52,257 bases of DNA from an uncultured Bdellovibrionales bacterium (GTDB taxonomy: Bacteria > Patescibacteriota > Minisyncoccia > Moranbacterales > GWC2-37-73), in assembly GCA_964452415.1 (NCBI GenBank), contig CAYVME010000003.1, positions 178 through 52,434 of the forward strand. Reading direction: 5' to 3'. Position numbers and translations under genes: made by a program. Under the pieces are notes generated by a model. That model worked only from the letters and a program-made list of their open reading frames with translations, made no database searches and was not told where the DNA came from. This document shows positions 8,601 through 16,290 of the stretch, one piece after another. Positions within the stretch are counted from its first letter, which is position 1; each line of letters starts with the position of its first letter.

Positions 8601-11600
8601 GCTACTTGGACTGGCTGGTGTGGTAGCTGTAGCATCCATATAATTTCCTTTCACATCTCTTGCCCGCACATAAACAGTGGCGGGATCATTATCAATAATT
8701 GCAGGGTAAGTTTTTTTATTATCAACTGGATAATCTTCGAAAACAGCATCTCTAAAATCTGAATAATTTGAATATGCAACTTGATATGGCAAATCATCGC
8801 TTGGAGCAACCAATGTCAGATTGTTGGTACTTTTAGTGTGATCAATTGTAAATGAGAGATTAATTGGATCCTTAGTGTCGAACTCAAAAGCATTTGAAAT
8901 TCCATATCCGATATTATTAGCGTCCTCACTGTCATTAGCTAAGATTCTCACTTTGAAGCTTCCATTATATTGCTCATCATAATCAGACTTAGAATCCCAA
9001 ATTACAGTATACGAAGTTAATGTCAACTCCTGAACAGTCAAAATATTATTTCCCAAAATGTTATTGATTGAGTCTTTGTATGTTAGTGAGGTTGCATTGA
9101 CCCATGTTTCGCTTCCTGGGTTGGTGCAGTTTGCAGTGCAATATTGAAAACCCCCCAAAACAGTGTTTGCGGTTCTTCCAGTGCTTGTGTCCAAATCAAT
9201 GACATTGAAAGTTGTTGTGACTTTTCCATCAGATCCTTGCGAGGAGATCACATCTTGTATTTGCGGTGCGGCATTTACAACATATTTCAATGAAGCACTA
9301 TTAACTTGTGACGTACTTGCACCATCACTGTCCAAGGTAATCCTATATTGCATCCATCTGTCACTAGTAAGAGCGGCTGTTTCAGGTGTGCTTGAATCGT
9401 AAGTTGAAATTGGAACACCTGAAGGAATATCGCAAGTTACAAGCGTGCCTGTTTTTGAACATCCAAACGATGTGCTTGTAAAATATGTTGCACCATCTTG
9501 TTGCCCAGCAGGATCAATACCGACAAATCCAGTTGGAGTCCCTGGAGAGCCGGCAGAATCAGGTGCGGTTTGAACCATCATTTTAACTTGAGTCCCAGCT
9601 GGAACAGAAGCTTCATCCCAAATTACCGATTTAAAATTATTGGCTGGATCAGTTGTGTCATACCAAGATGAAATCAGATTCTGAGTTGTGGGATAAGTTG
9701 AATAAACAAAAGTTATATCACTCAAAACCGGTGTAGAGGTAACTCGAGTGGAATATTTCCAAAAAGTTGCAGTGCCATTACCCCTAATAGCATACATGCT
9801 GCCAGCAGTATCACTCGTCAAAGAAGCACCATAGGAACCATTAGCTGGTGTAGCTGCTATTTGTGTCCAAGTTGCTGATGAGATATTGTACTTATAAAAT
9901 AATGAACTTCCATTACCATTAAAAAAATATATGTTACCGCTACTATCACTTGTTAAGCCTTCTCCGATACTACCATTTAAATTTAGCGGATTCGCTAAGG
10001 CTGTCCAATTATTCAAAGTTATATTGTATTTATAGAAAGCGCTTGCGCTTAACAAATAAATATTTCCATCTCCTCCATAGGTTGTAGCATGACTTCCATA
10101 ATATAAGATACTTGGATATGATGCCAGCGATGACCAACTATTTAATGCGATATTATATCTATAAAATTCACCTGTACCAGCACCCCTGATCGCATATAAA
10201 TTACCATCCCTGCCAGCTGTCAAAGAAATTCCAGAATAAGCGCTTGAACCCATTGGCACAGGTGCTGATGTTAATTGAGTCCAACTATTTGATAAAATAT
10301 TATATTTATAAAAATCCGATGTTTGACCACCCCTGATTGCATACAAATTTCCATCATAGCCAGACGCCAAAACACCAGTCATAGTCACTGGTACTGGAGA
10401 CATAGCAGACCAAGAATTTGTAAGGGTATTATATTTCGAAAAAGCCGTAGAACTTCCGCCCGCAAGAGAATAAATGTTGCCATTGCTATCATGCACGATA
10501 TCAGCCCCTGAAGTATTATTGGCTAATGTATTCGCCTTGGCCTCCCATGTATTAACTCCACCCCCAGTCAAGAATGCTTTATACCTAGCATAGCGATGAA
10601 ATCCGAGATTTGGTGTCGCTGTTCCAGAAACTGTGAAGTATGTTGAAGCTGTTCCATCCGGTCCCACATAATTCCAAGGGCCACCGGAAGAATCCGAAGT
10701 TGCAATTTGATATTTGCTATCAGCACCATTCAAAGTGTGATTGAAATTAAGCGCAGTCAAATTTCCTTTTTGACTCAAATCAATCGTGGATGATTCAAAA
10801 ATCCCAGAGGATGCATAGTTATCATAAATTGAATACTTCCAAAAATCAGTAAAGTTATTTCCCCTCGCTGCATAAAAATTACCTTTTCCATCAAAAACCA
10901 TACCACCACCACCAGTAGTAGCACTACTAGAAACAGTTGCGGGTGCCGAAGCAATAGTTGTCCATGAATTATTTGCAATATTATACTTCCAAAAATTATC
11001 AAAACCATTCCCCCTTAACACGTAAATATTTCCAGCACCATCCGAACCAGTTCCACCAAGAAATGTGCCCAGAGGTGAAGCTGCTTTAGCCAACCAAGTA
11101 TTTGAAGCAATGTCATATCTGGAAAAACCTGTCTGACCATTACCATTAACAAGAAAGATGCCACCATTTTGATCGGAAACTAGATTACCGCCAGAAGAAT
11201 TTGTTAAACTATTTGCCATTGCCGTCCAAGAGTTTAGTGCGATGTCGTACTTATAAAAAGCATTACCATAATTAATAGCAAAAATATTTCCGTTAGCATC
11301 ATGGGCCATTGCTCCGCGGAAACTAGTCGCCAATGGAAAATCAGCTTTAGCTATCCATGTATTGGTTTCTATGTTGTATCTCCAAAAATTAGCAGTATTT
11401 CCACCCCTTAGTGCGAAAATATTTCCGCTACCATCATAAACCAAACCACTGGAATCACTATTGACAGTTGAAGGCGTGCTTGCCAGAGATGTCCAAACAT
11501 TTGATGCAATATTGTATTTCCAAAAATCCGAAGTATTACCACCTCTTAATGCAAATACATTTCCATTATTATCATAAGCTAAAAAGCTTCCCCTCATACC

Positions 11601-12293
11601 ACCAGGCATGCTTGCCATTGTGGCCCAGGAGTTCGCGGTTTCTGTTTTCTGAAGTTCAACCCCACCACCAGAAACCAATGTGTTTGTCTTGGTGCTTCCC
11701 GCGTCAAAAGTTGACTGATTTTGTCCAATTGTCTGACCTGTTTTTAAAGTCATTTGAACAGTTGTTCCTCCAGAGATATCAGCATCCTTTGAATGATAGT
11801 TTGTCCATCCAGTTTTATTATCAATATGATCAGCCTTCAAAGTTGTGCTAGCTGTGTTCCAGTCATCCTGGAAAAAAGTGAAAGTTGCTCCCTGGGAACT
11901 TCCGGTTCCAAAAAACATTTGCACTGCAACAATTGCAATTGCAACCGAAACCATGGTTGAGGAAAAAGAATAAGTAAAAAGTCTGACCTTTTTTTGATAT
12001 CTTTTAAGTTCAGAATATGAACCGAATTCGAGATTGCAAACATCTCCTTTTTTAATATTCTTGCATTCTTGAATTCGAAGATGATTTTGAGCTGCAGATT
12101 TGATGAGCAGATGCCAATGATCCTTGGATGAAATTTTTATTTTTTTGAAATTCACACTCAAAAACAATTTGAATTTCTCGAGTTTCTTTTTTAATTCAAA
12201 TTTTTCTTTCTGATTATTCTCCAAAGCAAAAACTTTCTCAGCTCGAGAAATCTTGTTTTGGTTTTGATTTTTCGCCTTGTTTCTGATGTCCAA
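5679..12293 (-). CDS. Giant surface protein (2204 aa): N-terminal TM, two Kelch-like beta-propeller blocks, tandem FN3 stalk
   Basis: Repeats like GNIFALRGGNTxxFWKYNIxxNxW; repeated ATIxWxTDE..S.V.YG...H...L.GL...T.Y.F FN3 modules. Confidence 0.85.
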   Translation of the reverse strand: MDIRNKAKNQNQNKISRAEKVFALENNQKEKFELKKKLEKFKLFLSVNFKKIKISSKDHWHLLIKSAAQNHLRIQECKNIKKGDVCNLEFGSYSELKRYQKKVRLFTYSFSSTMVSVAIAIVAVQMFFGTGSSQGATFTFFQDDWNTASTTLKADHIDNKTGWTNYHSKDADISGGTTVQMTLKTGQTIGQNQSTFDAGSTKTNTLVSGGGVELQKTETANSWATMASMPGGMRGSFLAYDNNGNVFALRGGNTSDFWKYNIASNVWTSLASTPSTVNSDSSGLVYDGSGNIFALRGGNTANFWRYNIETNTWIAKADFPLATSFRGAMAHDANGNIFAINYGNAFYKYDIALNSWTAMANSLTNSSGGNLVSDQNGGIFLVNGNGQTGFSRYDIASNTWLAKAASPLGTFLGGTGSDGAGNIYVLRGNGFDNFWKYNIANNSWTTIASAPATVSSSATTGGGGMVFDGKGNFYAARGNNFTDFWKYSIYDNYASSGIFESSTIDLSQKGNLTALNFNHTLNGADSKYQIATSDSSGGPWNYVGPDGTASTYFTVSGTATPNLGFHRYARYKAFLTGGGVNTWEAKANTLANNTSGADIVHDSNGNIYSLAGGSSTAFSKYNTLTNSWSAMSPVPVTMTGVLASGYDGNLYAIRGGQTSDFYKYNILSNSWTQLTSAPVPMGSSAYSGISLTAGRDGNLYAIRGAGTGEFYRYNIALNSWSSLASYPSILYYGSHATTYGGDGNIYLLSASAFYKYNITLNNWTALANPLNLNGSIGEGLTSDSSGNIYFFNGNGSSLFYKYNISSATWTQIAATPANGSYGASLTSDTAGSMYAIRGNGTATFWKYSTRVTSTPVLSDITFVYSTYPTTQNLISSWYDTTDPANNFKSVIWDEASVPAGTQVKMMVQTAPDSAGSPGTPTGFVGIDPAGQQDGATYFTSTSFGCSKTGTLVTCDIPSGVPISTYDSSTPETAALTSDRWMQYRITLDSDGASTSQVNSASLKYVVNAAPQIQDVISSQGSDGKVTTTFNVIDLDTSTGRTANTVLGGFQYCTANCTNPGSETWVNATSLTYKDSINNILGNNILTVQELTLTSYTVIWDSKSDYDEQYNGSFKVRILANDSEDANNIGYGISNAFEFDTKDPINLSFTIDHTKSTNNLTLVAPSDDLPYQVAYSNYSDFRDAVFEDYPVDNKKTYPAIIDNDPATVYVRARDVKGNYMDATATTPASPSSVVYYDTSNDVSGEYREFIAWDVISAGQSGAGFGSYEIYRAERLESDQNATLNYLGVESIPDPNTNFYNDFNLDTNKHYYYKILTTDSAGNLSKYSSAVDDNPNGQGGSDQTPPTISNVRSTSINTTSATILWDTDEPANSSVGYSSQVDCDDAPGNLCPYLPERGIAAMVEKYTEGDPSKPGHSITLTGLIPGTTYNIRVKSYDVVGNLGQNDKDNNGASAIENFTFNTLPGPAISGVTIPNVSNTQATINWKTTTDSSSFVVYSTDISNGNLVNPKEFGTPELVGNPTSGEYYHSQTITTYNDLPLVPNETYYFYVKSIDGDGNEAVDNNGGSFYELTTTEDNKKPEIALIEIPVISNEGGVITWTTDEPATSKVSYGTTEGGPYPDHQEVVTFNRGHYIILSGLAADEDYYFKVESMDINGNVNDDTAEYNFKTTKNIEFDHPPLSKIENMDVTAENTRDTNAIITFTTDQPALCYAETDAVIVGSATTVTSFENGYTEDKNYNTSHSILVSSLTPESKYLYDVSCHDNILTVGMEDESDKFDKFENWIYSEIGDFETTKQRFALDELDINSPVINNVKVASTTGESATITWNTDEVGSSSVGYGITATNENGANDQIVNENKEKFATSHLVTLSGLIPSTKYLFRVSSTDKSGNIGFSAESSFTTASPSSLSSIKAESLNLGEAQITWNTSSETSSIVEYGLTTSYGEKKESNTLTKEHSISLSNLNQGVTYHFRVKGQDKDKKLYSSSDQTFEPKSPAQVSNININDITEHEATISFNTNIPTTATVIYTNISDPADNGSQADNEMATKHSIQIKNLTQGATFKIQIQARDEQGTESQTDAKDLTTGKDENPPKIDMVKTDLALAQNDKVQAIISWNTDEQSTTSVLYKEGRNAEAKEINISEALSTNHVAVITSFKPGTVYYFNTKSVDASGNEAKSTDYALLTPRRKENIIQIIIGNFTDIFGWAKF

Positions 12294-12389
12294 TTTTTTA
12301 TTTTATGTTTGACTGCAGATTCTTTTTTACTTATATATTTTAACATGGAAATGGGATTTTTACAAAACACTTTTAATACAGTTTTTCAA

Positions 12390-12424
12390 CAAAAAAATCC
12401 ATCTTTTTTTGATGGATTTTTTAT
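12390..12424 (-). terminator. trpS terminator
   Basis: aaaaaatccatc...gatggatttttt inverted repeat. Confidence 0.7.
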
Positions 12425-12461
12425 TAAGATTTTTGAATTTTAAGTATTCAAGAAGGCTAAG

Positions 12462-13574
12462 TTATACAATGAAACCAATTTTCTCTTTCACCTCGTCAAG
12501 CTTCTTTTTAGCTAAAACTTTGACTTTTTTTGCGCCATCTTCCAAAATTTCCAACACTTCCTGATCAGAAATTGAGTCATATTTATCCTGAAATGATTTC
12601 AGATATTCAATCACAGCTTCAGCCAAATCAGCTTTGAAGTCTCCGTAGCCTTTTCCAGCATACGATGCCTCAATTTCCCTTGGAGATTTTCCAGAAAAAG
12701 CTGAGAAAATGTTGATCAGATTTTTGAGTGCCGGCTTGTCGTCAGCATACAAAATTTCACTTCCGCTGTCAGTCACAGCTTTCTTGATTTTTCTCCTTAT
12801 TGTTTCCTCGTCATCCAAAAGTGAGATATAATTATATTCAGAACTTGCTGATTTGCTCATCTTCTTGGTTGGATCATCAAGTCCCATGATTCGCATTCCC
12901 TCTTTTTTGATGTGAACTTCGGGCACCACAAAAGTTTCACCAAATTTTTGATTGAAACGCTTGGCCAAATCTCGAGCCAGTTCAACATGCTGTTTTTGAT
13001 CCTCACCTACCGGCACAACCTGAGTGTCATACAAAAGAATATCAGCCGCCATTAAGACTGGGTAATCAAAAAGCCCAACGCCCACTTTATTTACCGAATC
13101 AAAATATCTCCTAGCAAGAATATCCACTCTAATTTTATCCTTATTGTCAGTTCCCACATAAGACATGTCTTCCGATGCCCCACTTAATGTAAGGATATTC
13201 TCCATTTGCTCTGAATCTAATGATACTCCGGATTTATCTTTAAATTGTGTCATTCTAAATAAGTCTGACATCCTTGCAATTGTGTTCAAAATCCACATCA
13301 ACTCGGCATGCTCAGACACTTGCGATTGCACAAAAATCATTGATTTTTTAGGATCAATCCCTGAGGCCAAATATATCTTGGCAATTTCAATGGTTTTTTT
13401 TCTCAGCATTTCAGGATCTTGCGGAACCGTGATGGCATGCATGTCCACCACGCAAAAAATTGATTCGTATTTTTCTTGAAGCTTCACCCAGTTCTTGATC
13501 GCTCCCAAATAATTTCCAATATGCAGATTTCCGGAAGGTTGAACACCAGAGAAGATTCGCTTCTTATTAGTCAT
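12462..13574 (-). CDS. trpS: Tryptophan--tRNA ligase
   Basis: SGVQPSGNLHIGN (HIGH), YPVLMAADIL, VPVGEDQKQH, KMSKS; start set at MTNKKR because the upstream MDF repeats come from a 9-mer DNA repeat. Confidence 0.95.
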   Translation of the reverse strand: MTNKKRIFSGVQPSGNLHIGNYLGAIKNWVKLQEKYESIFCVVDMHAITVPQDPEMLRKKTIEIAKIYLASGIDPKKSMIFVQSQVSEHAELMWILNTIARMSDLFRMTQFKDKSGVSLDSEQMENILTLSGASEDMSYVGTDNKDKIRVDILARRYFDSVNKVGVGLFDYPVLMAADILLYDTQVVPVGEDQKQHVELARDLAKRFNQKFGETFVVPEVHIKKEGMRIMGLDDPTKKMSKSASSEYNYISLLDDEETIRRKIKKAVTDSGSEILYADDKPALKNLINIFSAFSGKSPREIEASYAGKGYGDFKADLAEAVIEYLKSFQDKYDSISDQEVLEILEDGAKKVKVLAKKKLDEVKEKIGFIV

Positions 13575-13638
13575 AAAGTCCATAAAGTCCATAAAGCTAA
13601 AAGCTCTGTGCACTATTAAATTTATTCATTACTATCTC

Positions 13639-13667
13639 ATATTAACCAAAAATCAGCATTTTTGCAA
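13639..13667 (-). promoter_or_regulatory. Putative trpS promoter
   Basis: TTGCAA-17bp-TAATAT on minus strand. Confidence 0.5.
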
Positions 13668-13685
13668 ACAAAACTCCCTGTGGTT

Positions 13686-13799
13686 TTTTTGTGAGCCTGC
13701 TTCCTTTCGAGGCAATAGTGAGCGACAGCGAGGTCTTAGCGAAGCAGTCATAGTTCCCGACTGCGAGCGTGCCAAGAAAGGAAGCAGGCGAAACAAAAA
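13686..13799. repeat. Dispersed structured element, copy 1 (ncRNA or REP/MITE-like)
   Basis: Perfect 14-bp stem gcctgcttcctttc/gaaaggaagcaggc enclosing ggca/tgcc and gcagtc/gactgc stems; homologous to 41804-41930. Confidence 0.8.
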
Positions 13800-13870
13800 C
13801 AACGCACAAACAAAAATCCGATCAATTGACCGGATCCCTGCTTTATGGACTTTCACCTTATGAACTATTC

Positions 13871-15901
13871 TTACACTTCAATCACAACCGGAAGAACCAT
13901 TGGCCTTCGCTCTGTTTTGGTAAACAGATATGACCCAACAGCTTCGCGTATATTGTTTTTCACATAATCCCAGTTCACATGAGTATCGGCAGAAGTTTTT
14001 TCTTTGACAACTTTTTCAACAACCCGCTTGGTTGCATTCACCAGGTCAAAATTTTCTTTCACAAAAATGAATCCTCGTGAAGTGATTTGCGGAGTTCCGA
14101 TGATTTTTTTGGTTTTGGAATCAATAATGACCACAATTGTGAACATTCCGTCTTTGGCCAAAAGCTGACGGTCGCGAAGCACAACTTCGCCCACATCTCC
14201 AACTCCAAGACCATCAACCATCACATAGCTCGTGTCAATCTTGTTTGGCAAAACCTTGGCCTTGTTTTCAGCAAGTTCCAATTGATGCCCATTGTCCAAC
14301 ACGAAAATATTTTCTTTTTTAATTCCAACTTTTTCACCAAGCTTGGCTGCTTCTTTCAGCATGTAATGATTGCCATACACCGGCAAGAAAAAGTCTGGCT
14401 TGATTTGGCGCAAAATTTCTTGAATGTCATGCGCATTGCTGTGACCTGAAACATGCACATCCAAAATATCAGAGTGAATCACATTGTCGCATTTTCGATA
14501 GAGATCATCCTTGAGTCGCTGCACGGTTCTTTCATTTCCAGGAATAACCGATGACGAGAAAACAACCGTGTCATCTTTTTGAATTTGAACAAAACGATGC
14601 TCATCATTAACAATTCGTGACAAAACCGCATTGCCCTCGCCTTGAGCACCAGTGCAGATAACCACAACCTTATTTCTTGGATGCTTGTGAATTTCATTTA
14701 CTGAAATCAGAGTGTTTTTGAAAGCTTTGATATATCCCAATTCCTGAGCAATTTCAATGTTCATTTTCATGGAATATCCATCGAGTGCAACTTTTTTTCC
14801 AATGCCATCAGCAATTTCGATCAACTTTCCAATTCTTTCAATTTGAGAAGAAAATGTTCCAATAACAATAAGACCCTTGGCATTAATCATCAAATCTCCA
14901 AGATTTTTATACATTTCGCTTTCAGGAGCATGAGTCGTGTTGGTGTCTGTTGCACCCAAACTTTCCAACATCAATATTCTTGGTGACGGAAGAGTCGAAA
15001 GATGGTCATAGGTAACTTTTTCATGACTGACTGGATTTTTATCCATCAACCAATCGCCAGGATGAATCACTGTTCCATCTGGAGTTCTGATGATCACACC
15101 TACAGCATCCTTAACTGAATGTTCCACTTCAAAAAATTCAATTGCAAATTTTCCAAGTCTGATTTTATCAGATACCGCATTGATTCTCAGTGTTTTCAAG
15201 GTTGAAGCGGAATTTTTTTCATAGTCTTCCATCTTTTTCTTGATAAGTGCCAAAGTTAAATCGCGTCCCACAATTGGCGGATTGCCAAGTTGACGAAGCA
15301 AAATTGGAGCAGCTCCAATGTGATCAAGATGGCCATGAGAAAAAATCACACCGCGCACATTTTTTTCTTTGCCTTTCAAATAACTGATATTTGGAACAAT
15401 ATAATCGATTCCTGGCATGTCTTCTTCTGGAAATTGAATTCCCATATCCAAAATTATGATGTCTCCACCATATTCAAACATGGTCATGTTTCGTCCAACC
15501 TCTTCATTTCCACCCATTGGTGTGATTCGAAGATGATCAGATTTTGGATTTTCTTGCATTGGTTTTGAGCGGGTTGCACTGCTCCTCTTGCTTGATTTTG
15601 CATGAGCATTGGCCCTGGAACTGCCTGCAGAGTTTTTCTTTGCTTGAGCCTTTGGTTGAATTTTCATTTGCGGTTGAGTTTGGGTTTTCATCTGAGTCTG
15701 AGCTTGAACCTGAGGCTGAGCTGAGTTATTCCCAACAGCTTTGTCGCCTTGCATTGGTTTTTTTGACGCCACAGGACTGGCACTTGTTTTCCAAGTGTTT
15801 GGTTTTTTGGCCTGATTGCTCTGACCTTGTTGTTTGATTGGCATTTTTAAATCAGCCACGATTTCGCCGACAATGTCAGCGCCTTGTTTTTTATTAAACA
15901 T
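13871..15901 (-). CDS. rnj: Ribonuclease J with ~120-aa low-complexity N-terminal extension
   Basis: GGNEEVGRNM, HGHLDHIG, HVSGH, C-terminal RRPMVLPVVIEV. Confidence 0.95.
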   Translation of the reverse strand: MFNKKQGADIVGEIVADLKMPIKQQGQSNQAKKPNTWKTSASPVASKKPMQGDKAVGNNSAQPQVQAQTQMKTQTQPQMKIQPKAQAKKNSAGSSRANAHAKSSKRSSATRSKPMQENPKSDHLRITPMGGNEEVGRNMTMFEYGGDIIILDMGIQFPEEDMPGIDYIVPNISYLKGKEKNVRGVIFSHGHLDHIGAAPILLRQLGNPPIVGRDLTLALIKKKMEDYEKNSASTLKTLRINAVSDKIRLGKFAIEFFEVEHSVKDAVGVIIRTPDGTVIHPGDWLMDKNPVSHEKVTYDHLSTLPSPRILMLESLGATDTNTTHAPESEMYKNLGDLMINAKGLIVIGTFSSQIERIGKLIEIADGIGKKVALDGYSMKMNIEIAQELGYIKAFKNTLISVNEIHKHPRNKVVVICTGAQGEGNAVLSRIVNDEHRFVQIQKDDTVVFSSSVIPGNERTVQRLKDDLYRKCDNVIHSDILDVHVSGHSNAHDIQEILRQIKPDFFLPVYGNHYMLKEAAKLGEKVGIKKENIFVLDNGHQLELAENKAKVLPNKIDTSYVMVDGLGVGDVGEVVLRDRQLLAKDGMFTIVVIIDSKTKKIIGTPQITSRGFIFVKENFDLVNATKRVVEKVVKEKTSADTHVNWDYVKNNIREAVGSYLFTKTERRPMVLPVVIEV

Positions 15902-15974
15902 TGATACTTCTAAATAAGATTTGATTTTTCAATCTAAATACAAACTTATTTTTTAATTACTTTTTAATTATTTT

Positions 15975-16035
15975 TCATCCCGAGATTCAGGATCCAGAAA
16001 ACCCACGAAGATCCCGGATCAAGTCCGGGACGACA
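15975..16035. repeat. REP-like palindromic element, copy 2
   Basis: tcatcc..gattcaggatc...gatcccggatcaagtccgggacgaca; same family as 4475-4553. Confidence 0.65.
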
Positions 16036-16290
16036 TTGCTATGTCGATTAATTTGCGTGGAAAACTGCTTATATTGAAAGTTTTTAATGACTTTGTTAGA
16101 TGTATTGCTGTTTTAAATTCACAACAGAAAAACACGCATTGTTGCGCAAAAAGCTTCTTTTTATCTATTTTACCCTATCAAAAAGGTTAATTTTGGAAGA
16201 AAAAGGCTTTATTAAAGCAAAGTTCAAGAAGTTTCAACTTGTTATATCTATAATACACCCATTTGAGTTTTTTGTCCAGGGTTCCAAAAA

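Noticed and set aside
9740-11640. CRISPR-like periodic repeats
   Set aside because: Periodicity is at protein level (Kelch-like repeats) with degenerate DNA; no identical repeats with unique spacers and no cas genes.
13095-13230. Intein or intron in trpS
   Set aside because: Too short, in frame, and without C/S...HN splice motifs.
13653-13856. 67-aa ORF between rnj and trpS
   Set aside because: Runs through the palindromic repeat element; its composition reflects the repeat.
13572-13870. T-box leader for trpS
   Set aside because: No T-box consensus or specifier stem recognised; the structured element there recurs next to efp in the opposite relative orientation.
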